Below, piece by piece: positions 1 to 8,615 of a stretch of 22,363 nucleotides of DNA (position 1 is the first letter of the stretch; the number at the start of each line of letters is the position of its first letter). A program made the position numbers and the translations under genes. Location of the stretch: assembly GCA_963978095.1 (NCBI GenBank), contig CAXBQP010000049.1, positions 1-22,363 on the forward strand. Reading direction: 5' to 3'. The stretch is from an uncultured bacterium. Its GTDB lineage: Bacteria > Gemmatimonadota > Gemmatimonadetes > Gemmatimonadales > Gemmatimonadaceae. The notes beneath the pieces were generated by a model, which had not been told where the DNA came from, ran no database searches, and saw only the letters and a program-made list of their open reading frames with translations.

Positions 1-26
1 CTGATGCTGCTGGCATAGGAAGCCGT

Positions 27-42
27 TGGCACGGAGGTTGCT
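27..42 (+). promoter_or_regulatory. sigma54 (RpoN) -24/-12 promoter
   Basis: TGGCAC(27-32)-GGAGG-TTGCT(38-42) matches the TGGCAC-N5-TTGCW consensus, 28 nt upstream of the ATG at 71; GGAGG SD at 61-65. Confidence 0.75.
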
Positions 43-70
43 TCGCCCCTTCCGGAACAGGGAGGGTGAA

Positions 71-835
71 ATGATTCAACGCCGTCGACTTCTGATCGGA
101 GCGGGTCTGGTTGCGGCCGGCGCCATGGCCGCACCGGCCGTACTGCGTGCGCAGTCCAAGACCATCAAGATGGGCGCGCTGCGGCTGGTCCATTCGATGC
201 CGCCCTTCTTCTATGAGAAGTACGCGCCCGAGGGCGTCAAGATCGAGATCGTGATGTTCGACAGCCCGACCGACGGCAAGAACGCCGTGGTCACCAAGTC
301 GGTCGATTTCGGCACTTTCGGCATCGCCGCCGCCATCCTGGGCGGCGCGGCGGGCGAGCCGGTGGTGGTGGTCGGCGCGATGTCCAACAAGGGCATGGGC
401 GTGATCTCCAAGGCCGGCTCGGACATGAAGACCGTCAAGGATCTCAAGGGCCACAAGGTCGGCATCTGGCCGGGCTCGACGCAGGAGGTCTTCATCTTCG
501 AGCGGCTGAAGATGGAAGGCATGACGGTCAAGGACATCACGCCGGTGCGCGTGCCGTTCGGCGAGATGCCGGCGATGCTGGCGCGCGGCGACATCGACGC
601 CTATGTCGGCGCCGAGCCGGGACCGGCGCTGTCGATCACCTCGGGTGCGGGCCAGCTGGTCGAGTATCCCTATTCGACGCCGATGGGCGGCCTCAACATG
701 ATCCTCGGCACGCACGAGGAGACGGTCGCCAGGAACCCCGACCTCGTCCGCACCATGCTGAAGATCCAGCGCCAGGCGGCCGAGTACATGATGGCCAACA
801 AGCCGGCCGTCGTGGACGCCACGGTGCAGAAGCTC
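71..835 (+). CDS. ABC transporter substrate-binding protein, SsuA/TauA/NMT1 family, Tat signal; 3' end lost at an apparent chimeric junction
   Basis: MIQRRRLL..AAPAVLRAQ twin-Arg signal; VKDLKGHKVGIWPGSTQE and ARGDIDAYVGAEP family-like segments; SD GGAGG. Family similarity stops at ...DATVQKL (835). The ORF track's 26..1273 is a fused product. Confidence 0.8.
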
Positions 836-922
836 CTCACCGGGTACACGCGGGAAGCGGGGGTGCGCAACCTGGAGCGGCGCATCGCGGACATCTGCCG
901 GGCGGTGGCGGTGGACGTGGTG
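836..922 (+). pseudogene. lon: Lon protease AAA+ lid fragment (~30 codons)
   Basis: Translation LTGYTREAGVRNLERRIADICRAVAVDVV contains the Lon signature YTREAGVRxLERxI; no flanking Lon sequence. Confidence 0.7.
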
Positions 923-2652
923 GGGCGGCCGCGGCTGCTCCGGTTGGTGCGACGGTCGCTGGTGCTCCGGCCCCCGGCGCGGCCTTCCCGGGCGGTGGTC
1001 GTGGAGGCGCAGCGGCCGTGCCGACCGGGCGTGGCGGCGGGCAGGACCGCGAGTGGTATCGCGGCATCCAGTTCACCCAGGAAGACATCAACACGTTCAC
1101 GCGCCGCTCCAATACGAACTACATGGAAACGGGCGTACTCTCCTCGCTGCAGCTCACCGCGATGTTCCCCGCGATGGTGCTGGAGAACTTCTACATCAAG
1201 ACGCGCAACTCGATCGAGGAAGGCAAGCACAAAGCGCCGTACGGCTTCGTGGTCCCGGTGCAGCGCGACATGACCAAGGTCGCGGAGTTCATCAACATCC
1301 TGCGCATCCAGCGCATCGAGGTCGGCCAGGCCACGGCGGCATTCAAGATCGGCACCACCACGTATCCGGCGGGCTCGTACGTCATCAAGCGCGACCAGCC
1401 CTACGGTCGCCTCGCCAAGAACCTGATCGAGAAGCAGAACTATCCGGATCAGCGGTTGAACACGTACGACGACAGCGGCTGGTCGATGGGGATGGCCTTC
1501 AATATCGACTACGCGGAGATCGCGGATTCGGCGATCCTGAACGTTGCCGCGACGCCCGTCGAGAAGGTGAAGCTGGCGGGGAAGACCACCGGTGCCGGCA
1601 CGGCGGGGATCGCGGTCGCGCATCTGGGCTCCAACAACATGATCTCGCTGCGCTACAAGCTGAAGAACGTGCCGATGCAGATCGCCGAGAAGTCGTTCAC
1701 CGTCGACGGCGTCGAGTTCCCGGCGGGTTCGTTCATTATTGCTGACATGGCGCAGGCCAACGCCGTGCGCGCGGCGGTGCAGGAACTCGGCCTGACGGCC
1801 GCCAATCTCACCGCCAAGCCCTCGGTGCCGACGCACGATGCCGATGTGCCGCGCATCGCGATCTTCTCCACCTGGGGCGGCACGCAGAACCTCGGATGGT
1901 ACCGTCTGACCTTCGATCAGTTCGGCGTGCCGTACGACCTGATCTACAAGGAGCAGGTGAAGCTCGGGAATCTCCGCGCCAAGTACGATGTGATCCTGAT
2001 GGCGGAGCAGAACATGAGCAAGCAGACCGTGCTCGCCGCGCCCGCTGCCAAGCCGCAGCCGTACAAGAAGAGCGAGAAGTATCAGTTCCTCGGCATGTAC
2101 GGAGAGACCGATGACATGTCCGGCGGCATCGGCCAGGAGGGGGTCGATGCCTTTGCCGCCTTCCTCGACGCCGGCGGCACGCTGATCGCCGTCGGTGACG
2201 CGGCGCGCCTGCCAATCGACTTCGGCTGGGCGCGCAGCGTCGACAAGGCGCCGGTGCCCGGGCTGACGTCGCAGCGTCCGCTCGTGCAGGGCGAGATCGT
2301 GCGGCCGGAGCATCCGGTGTTCTATGGCTACTCGGCCACCAAGATGCCAGTCAAGTATGTCGGCGGCAGTCCGCTCAAGGTCGGCGTGGCCGACGAAGGG
2401 AATGTGCTCGCCCGCTATGTGGGCGGTGACGCTGCCGTCCTCTCCGGGCTCATGACGGGCGCCGATTCGCTCCGTGGGAAGCCGTACGCGGTGGACATCC
2501 CGCAGGCCTACAAGGGGCATGGACGGGTGGTGATGTTCTCCAACAATCCGATCTACCGGTGGCAGAACCACGGCGAGTTCAACATGATCTTCAACTCGGT
2601 GCTCAACTGGAACGACGAGCCCAAGCCCGAAGCGCCGAAGATCGTGCCGTAG
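901..2652 (+). CDS. C-terminal part of a large secreted M14 zinc-carboxypeptidase-like protein (5'-truncated; the GTG at 1018 is probably not the true start)
   Basis: Frame is open and coding-like from ~901 (GGGGGRGGAAAAAP...). It contains EWYR, YPAGSYVIKRDQPY, YDDSGWSMG, FLDAGGTLIAVGDA and NPIYRWQNHG, segments I recall from the C-terminal region of M14-like peptidases in Acidobacteria/Gemmatimonadota. Strong GC3 bias; no zinc-ligand motif in the visible part. Confidence 0.7.
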   Translation, partial: GGGGGRGGAAAAAPVGATVAGAPAPGAAFPGGGRGGAAAVPTGRGGGQDREWYRGIQFTQEDINTFTRRSNTNYMETGVLSSLQLTAMFPAMVLENFYIKTRNSIEEGKHKAPYGFVVPVQRDMTKVAEFINILRIQRIEVGQATAAFKIGTTTYPAGSYVIKRDQPYGRLAKNLIEKQNYPDQRLNTYDDSGWSMGMAFNIDYAEIADSAILNVAATPVEKVKLAGKTTGAGTAGIAVAHLGSNNMISLRYKLKNVPMQIAEKSFTVDGVEFPAGSFIIADMAQANAVRAAVQELGLTAANLTAKPSVPTHDADVPRIAIFSTWGGTQNLGWYRLTFDQFGVPYDLIYKEQVKLGNLRAKYDVILMAEQNMSKQTVLAAPAAKPQPYKKSEKYQFLGMYGETDDMSGGIGQEGVDAFAAFLDAGGTLIAVGDAARLPIDFGWARSVDKAPVPGLTSQRPLVQGEIVRPEHPVFYGYSATKMPVKYVGGSPLKVGVADEGNVLARYVGGDAAVLSGLMTGADSLRGKPYAVDIPQAYKGHGRVVMFSNNPIYRWQNHGEFNMIFNSVLNWNDEPKPEAPKIVP

Positions 2653-2670
2653 CGGCTCGACATCCGCGAA

Positions 2671-2711
2671 CGAAAGGGGCGGCGACTGATGCTCGGTCGC
2701 CGCCCCTTTCG
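2671..2711. terminator. Bidirectional intrinsic terminator-like hairpin between convergent genes
   Basis: CGAAAGGGGCGGCGAC...GTCGCCGCCCCTTTCG, a 16-bp perfect inverted repeat with A/T runs on both arms, 19 nt after the stop at 2652. Confidence 0.8.
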
Positions 2712-2729
2712 CTCTCGCTTCCTCGAGGT

Positions 2730-2840
2730 TCAGGCCACTGGTTCGATGGCGTACTTGAACAAACAGAGACGCCCCTGCTCGACGCCCGTGAACTGGAGCA
2801 AGCGGGTTCCGCGCGTCAGGCGTCCCGCGTTCGTGCTCAC
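2730..2840 (-). CDS. Possible 36-aa small protein (MSTNAGRLTRGTRLLQFTGVEQGRLCLFKYAIEPVA)
   Basis: GTG start overlaps the upstream TGA (GTGA, 2837-2840) and the ORF stops just before the terminator; no recognisable motif. Confidence 0.3.
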   Translation of the reverse strand: MSTNAGRLTRGTRLLQFTGVEQGRLCLFKYAIEPVA

Positions 2841-4288
2841 TGGCACTTCCCCAGATCGACCTTCGCCGTGGCGCCGCGCGCCACCGAGACGTCTGCCGAC
2901 ATCGACGTCCCCTTCAGCTTGCAGCTCACCGTCCACTGCTCGGGAATGAGTTCCTGCCCGTGCTGGCTCGGACGCGACGACGGGTTCACATGCCAGAGGA
3001 ATGGCCCACGCCCCTTGGGTACGACCGTCGTGGCGGTCAGCTCCATCGGTTGCTTGATGATCGGGCCGCGCGTGCTGTCGCGGTCGCTCAGCAACACTGG
3101 CGCCGATTCGAGCACGATCTTCTTGCGCAGCGTGAGCGTCGCACCGGCTGGCGCCTTGATCTCGAGCACGGCGTGCAAGGCTGGGTCGGCCGCGGCTTCG
3201 AGGAGGCGCAGGTAGCCGGCACGCGAGCTCGATCCGGGATACGCCCCGGTGCCGAAGTACTGATCGACGACGAACGAGTACGCTGGGTGGAACCCGCGAT
3301 TGCCGGGCGTATTCTCGAAGGTGAAGGCGTAGGTGCCGGCGGTGTAATACGCCTGTTCCTCCATCGTCCCGCTCGCGTTGTAGTAGACCTTGGGCCACGG
3401 GCCGGCGTCCCACTTGAGGTCCTTGCCGAGGAGCTGCGCGACCGAGTCGTACTGCGCCACATCGAACGGAGTCGGCTCATCGGTGGTGCTCGGCACGCGC
3501 AGCACCTTCGCGTCCGGCGTGTGATTGCTGAGCGCCACGACGACCTGATGCGAGGCGAAGAGGTCGCGCATATTCTGGATTTCGGGCTCCGAGAAGGGAG
3601 CCGCACCGCGGTAGCTTTGGCCGTTGGGTGCCGCGTTGGCGCCGATGCCGCCCCAGAAGGCACCATAGTTGCGGTTGAGATCGACGCCCGCCCCAGCGTT
3701 CAGCGGATTGGCGCACTCGGCGTACGTCGGATCCTTGCCGTCGGCGACGCGGCAGTTCTTCCGCTTCTGCTCGTTGATGAGCGTGCGCGAGAGGTCGAAC
3801 CCGTCGGGATTCACGATCGGCACGGCGATGAAGCGGACCTTGTCGAGCGCCGCCGTGATGCGAGGATCCTTGCCGTCGTTCTGCAGCAGGTCGTGGATGA
3901 ACTCGAGGGTGAGTTCGACCGTCGGCCACTCGCGGGAGTGGTGCAGCCCGGTCATCACGAACACCGGCTTCCCCGAGGGGGTCTTCACATCGTGCGTGAT
4001 CTCGAGCGCCCAGACGGTGCTCCCGAGGTTCGTCTTGTGCGGGAGGGCGAAGCGCTTGACCTTGGTGGGGAAGGACGCCTCGATCCGCTCCATCTCGAGG
4101 TTGGCCTCGGTGAGCGTGCGGTAGGTGACGCGCCCGGTCGGGAGGGGAGACGAGGTCAGCGGGGGCGTGGCGGGTTGCTGTTGTCCGCTTCGGCCTCCGC
4201 CCGGGGCACCCGCCGGCGGGCCACCCTGCGCGAGGAGGGAGGAGGAGAGCACGGTCAACAGCGCGGCAGCGGCACGTGAGCGGGTCAT
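2837..4288 (-). CDS. Secreted M14-family zinc carboxypeptidase
   Basis: Signal peptide; Zn motif GLHHSREW, PIVNPDG, RKN, GVDLNRNY, APFSEPE, third ligand in LSNHT, catalytic Glu in FTFEN. Confidence 0.9.
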   Translation of the reverse strand: MTRSRAAAALLTVLSSSLLAQGGPPAGAPGGGRSGQQQPATPPLTSSPLPTGRVTYRTLTEANLEMERIEASFPTKVKRFALPHKTNLGSTVWALEITHDVKTPSGKPVFVMTGLHHSREWPTVELTLEFIHDLLQNDGKDPRITAALDKVRFIAVPIVNPDGFDLSRTLINEQKRKNCRVADGKDPTYAECANPLNAGAGVDLNRNYGAFWGGIGANAAPNGQSYRGAAPFSEPEIQNMRDLFASHQVVVALSNHTPDAKVLRVPSTTDEPTPFDVAQYDSVAQLLGKDLKWDAGPWPKVYYNASGTMEEQAYYTAGTYAFTFENTPGNRGFHPAYSFVVDQYFGTGAYPGSSSRAGYLRLLEAAADPALHAVLEIKAPAGATLTLRKKIVLESAPVLLSDRDSTRGPIIKQPMELTATTVVPKGRGPFLWHVNPSSRPSQHGQELIPEQWTVSCKLKGTSMSADVSVARGATAKVDLGKCQ

Positions 4289-4374
4289 GAGCGTAGGTCA
4301 GGGGGCGTGGGGGAGACTCGGATATTCTACGCGACGGCGCGTGATGGCGCTGTCGGCCGGGAGGCTGAGCGGCC

Positions 4375-5505
4375 TCAGGCCGATCGCAATACCGCGGAGG
4401 CTTCCGGCGAGACCGTGCGCTCCAGTTCGGCCGGGAACTTCCGGAACCAGCTCGAGAGGATCAGCAACTCATCCACTTCATGCGCGGGAACGGTCGTCGG
4501 CGCCCGCTCGGTGCTGCCGAACACCTCCGCGGCGCGAGCGGCGAGCTGGGCCTCCGCCCGCGCGTCCTTCGCCGCCGGAAGCACCTCGCGCACCCGACCA
4601 CGCCGGATGATGTACGCCCGATCGTCGTCCCCCCACCCGGGCACGGTATACACGAACGAGAGCGACTCCACCGCGAACCGGAGTCGCGCGAACTGCTCGC
4701 GCAGCCCCTCCAACCGTTGGATCTTGTCACGCAGCAACGCCGCCCGCTCGAACTCCAGCCGGTCGCTCGACTCCTCCATCGCCCGCCGCAACGTCGCGAT
4801 CGGGGCCTCATGCGTCCCCTCGAGGAACTCCCGGGCCGCCGTGAACCGCTCCCGGTACTGCGCCACCGTCGTCGCCGCCACGCAGGGCCCGAGACATTTC
4901 CCGATCTCGTGGCGGATGCACCCGGGGGTCCTCGGCGGGACGTTCGGGAACTCCACCTGGTCGCTGAAGTGCATAGGCATGTCGTTGCGACAGTCCCGCA
5001 GCCCCAGCACATCGTTCAACTCCCGCAGCGCCTCCTCCAACTGGTGCGCGCCGTTGAACGGGCCGAAGTACACGCCGCTGTCATCACTCCCCGCGCTGCG
5101 TGCTACCGTCAGCTTGGGCGCGCTCCCTCGCGACATCCGGATGAAGGCATGATGCCGCGCATCGCGCTTCATCATCACATTGAAGCGTGGTCGCCACCGC
5201 TTGATGAGTCGCAACTCCGACAGCAGCGCCTCGAACTCGCTCGGGAGGTACTCCCACCGCACCTCCGCCGCTTCGCGCAGGATCCGCGCCCCCTTCTCGG
5301 CGGGGTACTCCGCGCGGAAGTAGCCCATGAGCCGCGTGCGCAGCTTCTTGCTCTTTCCCACGTAGATGATCTCCCCTTCGGGCGAGATCATGTGATAGAC
5401 GCCCGGACGATCCCTGAGCTCCGCCTTCACGGTCGCGTGCATCCGCTCCACACGCGCCTCGGCCTCGGGCGACGCCGAGCGCGGCGTGCGTCGGCGTCGA
5501 CTCAT
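4375..5505 (-). CDS. UvrC N-terminal-half (Cho-like) GIY-YIG endonuclease with UvrB/UvrC-interaction motif
   Basis: PGVYHM...IIYVGKSKKLRTRL, EALLSELRLIKRWRPRFN, YFGPF, four-Cys cluster, UVR motif LEFERAALLRDKI. The ATG at 5505 overlaps the mutM stop (ATGA). No RNase H-like or HhH domains. Confidence 0.85.
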   Translation of the reverse strand: MSRRRRTPRSASPEAEARVERMHATVKAELRDRPGVYHMISPEGEIIYVGKSKKLRTRLMGYFRAEYPAEKGARILREAAEVRWEYLPSEFEALLSELRLIKRWRPRFNVMMKRDARHHAFIRMSRGSAPKLTVARSAGSDDSGVYFGPFNGAHQLEEALRELNDVLGLRDCRNDMPMHFSDQVEFPNVPPRTPGCIRHEIGKCLGPCVAATTVAQYRERFTAAREFLEGTHEAPIATLRRAMEESSDRLEFERAALLRDKIQRLEGLREQFARLRFAVESLSFVYTVPGWGDDDRAYIIRRGRVREVLPAAKDARAEAQLAARAAEVFGSTERAPTTVPAHEVDELLILSSWFRKFPAELERTVSPEASAVLRSA

Positions 5506-6368
5506 CGTTGGCACTCCCGGCACCAGAAGGTCGCGCGCCGCTCGAGTCGATGGTGTGTTGCGATCGGCGTGCCACACCGCAGGCACGGGGCCTCCGCGCG
5601 ACCGTACACCTGCAGCTGTCCGGCGAAGCTGCCGCGATTCCCCGCCGGGTCGCGATAGTCGCGGAAGGTCGTCCCACCTGCCGCGATCGACGCGGTCAAC
5701 AAACGCCGGAGTTCGCCGAGGATGGCCGCCCCCTCCGCGTACGTCACCCGCGCACCCGCGCGCGACGGCGCCACCCGAGCCGCCCAGAGCGCCTCGTTCG
5801 CGTAGATGTTCCCGACCCCCGCCACCACTCGCTGGTCCATCAGCACCGTCTTGATCGCCCTCCGGGATGCCCGAATGGAAACCGAAAACGCGTGCGCTGT
5901 CAAATCGGCGTCGAGGGGCTCCGGGCCGATCCGCGCGTCCCACGCGGCGAACCGGTCAGGGTCCATCAGGGCGACGGTGCCGAGCCGCCGGACGTCACGG
6001 TATCGGAGCGGGCGGCCGTCATCGAGCATCAGGGTGAGTGCGGTGTAGTCGGCGGTCGGATCCTCCCCGGTGATCGCCGTCCGCGCCCCCTCGCCCGCTG
6101 CACGCTGCGGACGTGCATCGACGAACAGCCCGCCCGTGAACCGCGGGGTCACCACGATCCGGTCACCCGAGGAGAGATCGAGCACCACGCATTTCGCCCG
6201 TCGCCAGCAGCGATCGATGCGTGCGCCGGTCACCTGCGCGGTGAATGCCGGCGCTGTGGCCTCGCGCAGGATGTCCGCGCGCGCGACGATCGCCGCGGTG
6301 ATGGTCGTGCCCCGCACGCGCGCATCGAGGGCGCGTGCGATCGTTTCCGTCTCAGGGAGTTCCGGCAC
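5502..6368 (-). CDS. mutM: Formamidopyrimidine-DNA glycosylase / AP lyase
   Basis: N-terminal (M)PELPETE from the GTG at 6368, RRAK, H2TH motif LMDQRVVAGVGNIYANEAL, C-terminal Zn finger CLRC...WCRECQ. Confidence 0.95.
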   Translation of the reverse strand: MPELPETETIARALDARVRGTTITAAIVARADILREATAPAFTAQVTGARIDRCWRRAKCVVLDLSSGDRIVVTPRFTGGLFVDARPQRAAGEGARTAITGEDPTADYTALTLMLDDGRPLRYRDVRRLGTVALMDPDRFAAWDARIGPEPLDADLTAHAFSVSIRASRRAIKTVLMDQRVVAGVGNIYANEALWAARVAPSRAGARVTYAEGAAILGELRRLLTASIAAGGTTFRDYRDPAGNRGSFAGQLQVYGRAEAPCLRCGTPIATHHRLERRATFWCRECQR

Positions 6369-7638
6369 GCCGCGCGATCTCGCGCCAACCGATGTCGCGC
6401 CGCAGCTGGGCGCCCTCGAACCGGATGCGCGCCGCGTGCTGCACACTTCGCGCTTGCGCCTCCGCCACGGTGGCGCCGAGGGCGGTGACGGTCAGGACGC
6501 GCCCCCCCGCCGTGCGCAGGACTCCATCCGCGTCGCGGGTCGTCCCGGCGTGGAAGACGATCACGTCCTGCTCGGGCGCCGGCAGCGTGATCGCATCACC
6601 GCTCCGCACCTTGCCGGGATACCCGCCGGCCGCGACCACCGTCGTGACGGCGGCGCGCGGCGAGAAGCGGAGCGGCGTCGCGTTCGCCAGTGAACCCCCG
6701 GCCGCGATCTCGCGCATCGGGGCGAGCAGGCTCGAGGTCATGAGCGGGAGCACGACCTCCGTTTCCGGATCGCCGAAGCGGCAGTTGAACTCCACCACCT
6801 TCGGGCCAGCGGGGGTGAGCATCAGCCCCGCGTAGAGCAATCCGGTGAAGGGGCATCCCGCCTCGCGCAGGGCGACAAGCGTGGGGTGGAAGACGCGCTC
6901 CATGGTGATGTCGGCGATCTCGGCGGTCGCGATCCCCACCGGTGCATACGCCCCCATCCCGCCGGTGTTGGGGCCGGTGTCCCCCTCGCCGATGCGTTTG
7001 TGATCCTGCGCGGCGACCATCGGCAACACGTGCGTGCCGTCGGTGAGCGCGAAGACGGAGATCTCCTCTCCCGTCATGAACTCCTCGACGAGCACCTCAT
7101 GCCCTGCCTCGCCGAACGCGTTCCCCTCGAGCATCATCGCGATCGCCGCATCCGCCTCAGCGATCGACATCGCGACGACCACGCCCTTTCCCGCGGCGAG
7201 CCCCGAGGCCTTCACGACCACCGGCGCTCCGAGGCGCCGCACCTCCGCCTTGGCCTCGTCCGCGCGGGTGAAGGTACGCGCGCTCGCGGTCGGCACGCCC
7301 GCGGCGAGCATCAGCTCCTTGGCGAACCGCTTCGAGGTCTCGATCCGCGCCGCGTTGCGCGTGGGGCCGAAGATCGGGAGGCCCTCTCGGAGGAAGTGAT
7401 CCACGATCCCGAGGTCGAGCGGCGCTTCGGGCCCCACGATGGTGAGCCCCACCTGCTCGCGACGCGCGAGCGCCGCAAGTCCCGCGATGTCGGTCGCGGA
7501 GACAGAGGCGCAGCGTCCGAGTGTGGCGATCCCGGGGTTCCCAGGGGCGGCCACGATGTCGAGCGACCGATCGTCGGCGGCGAGCTTCCAGGCGATGGCA
7601 TGCTCGCGGCCGCCTCCGCCGATGATCAGGACCTTCAT
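6352..7638 (-). CDS. purD: Phosphoribosylamine--glycine ligase
   Basis: MKVLIIGGGGREHAIAW, GPEAPL, KASGLAAGKGV, QDHKRIGEGDTGPNTGGMGAY, EFNCRFGDPE, GGRVL. Confidence 0.97.
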   Translation of the reverse strand: MKVLIIGGGGREHAIAWKLAADDRSLDIVAAPGNPGIATLGRCASVSATDIAGLAALARREQVGLTIVGPEAPLDLGIVDHFLREGLPIFGPTRNAARIETSKRFAKELMLAAGVPTASARTFTRADEAKAEVRRLGAPVVVKASGLAAGKGVVVAMSIAEADAAIAMMLEGNAFGEAGHEVLVEEFMTGEEISVFALTDGTHVLPMVAAQDHKRIGEGDTGPNTGGMGAYAPVGIATAEIADITMERVFHPTLVALREAGCPFTGLLYAGLMLTPAGPKVVEFNCRFGDPETEVVLPLMTSSLLAPMREIAAGGSLANATPLRFSPRAAVTTVVAAGGYPGKVRSGDAITLPAPEQDVIVFHAGTTRDADGVLRTAGGRVLTVTALGATVAEAQARSVQHAARIRFEGAQLRRDIGWREIARRAGTP

Positions 7639-8615
7639 CGGCGGCCGCCCTTGAAGGCGTCGTCGAAGGCGTTGCGCGCGCGGCCGAGTACGTCGCCCAG
7701 CTTGTCCACCGCGGCCTTGGCCTGATCGCCGTAGTAGTGCGCGGCTTCGTTCATGTCGCGCGGCACATCCTGCTGCGCCTTGGCATCGGCACGGCGGAGG
7801 TACTCACCGCCGAGGATGCGCGCGTAGGCCCCGCTGTCGATCCAGCGCTGGAGCTCACCGGCGCGCACCGTCGCGAAGGGATGCGTGCGGCTCATCGTGT
7901 TGATGACCTTCCAGACGCGATCCACGACATCGCCTTCCGTCTCGTACTCCGCCGCCTGCGCCATGAAGGCGTCAAGATCGGTGGCATCACCGTAGTCGCG
8001 GCCGGCGGCGAGCCGCATCAGCGTGCGCATCGCGGCGTCGCGATCCTGGCAGGCGAGCAGCGCCCCGCGGTCGCTCGAGAGTTCGCTCTTGCGGTACCAC
8101 TCCATCAAGGCGACATGCACCGGGAAGAGCACCGCCGCCGCCACGAAGGGCAGGGCGGTGAAGCCTGCCAGCATGATGATTTCCGCGAGCGTGCGATACA
8201 CGACGTGTCCGCTGATGATATGCGCCACTTCGTGCGCGATCACCATGCGGAGCCCCTCGTGGTCCAGATGCTCGAGCGCGCCGGAGGTCACGACGATGAA
8301 CGGCGTGTCGAAGCCGATCGCCATGGCGTTGATCTCCGGGCTCTGCGTGACGTACAGCGGTGGCCGCTCCGGCCAATCGTAGACCGCGAGCACCTCGGTC
8401 AGGATCGCGTCGAGCTTCGGCCGCTGGGTCGGACCCACACGCACCGCGTTCGCGAGGAACAGCTGTCGGAGGCCGCGCTCGCCAAAGTACGAGAAGGTCT
8501 TGCGCGTGACCTCGTCGAAGAACGGGATCGTGCGCAGCGCGTTCAGGGCCGCGCGGTCGGCGGGGTGCTCCCACGACGGCGAGGCGATTTCGGTCAGGAC
8601 GATGCGGTCAGCCAC
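7635..8615 (-). CDS. M48-family (Ste24/HtpX-like) zinc metallopeptidase
   Basis: WEHPADRAAL N-terminus, INAMAIG, HEVAH zinc motif, WYRKSELSSDRG, RTHP; GTG at 8615 preceded by GGAG. Confidence 0.88.
   Translation of the reverse strand: MADRIVLTEIASPSWEHPADRAALNALRTIPFFDEVTRKTFSYFGERGLRQLFLANAVRVGPTQRPKLDAILTEVLAVYDWPERPPLYVTQSPEINAMAIGFDTPFIVVTSGALEHLDHEGLRMVIAHEVAHIISGHVVYRTLAEIIMLAGFTALPFVAAAVLFPVHVALMEWYRKSELSSDRGALLACQDRDAAMRTLMRLAAGRDYGDATDLDAFMAQAAEYETEGDVVDRVWKVINTMSRTHPFATVRAGELQRWIDSGAYARILGGEYLRRADAKAQQDVPRDMNEAAHYYGDQAKAAVDKLGDVLGRARNAFDDAFKGGRR

Noticed and set aside
26..1273. 415-aa ORF as a novel SBP-Lon fusion protein
   Set aside because: After ~925 it is an out-of-frame read of the M14-like gene, and the joints look like assembly chimeras.
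670..2571. 633-aa antisense ORF
   Set aside because: Shadow of a strongly GC3-biased plus-strand gene; no motifs.
5506..5943. N-terminal extension of the UvrC-like ORF; likewise the extensions of mutM (to 6446), M48 (to 9143), nosD (from 19857) and nosF (from 21269)
   Set aside because: They overlap neighbouring genes in other frames; the true starts are set by motifs and start/stop overlaps.
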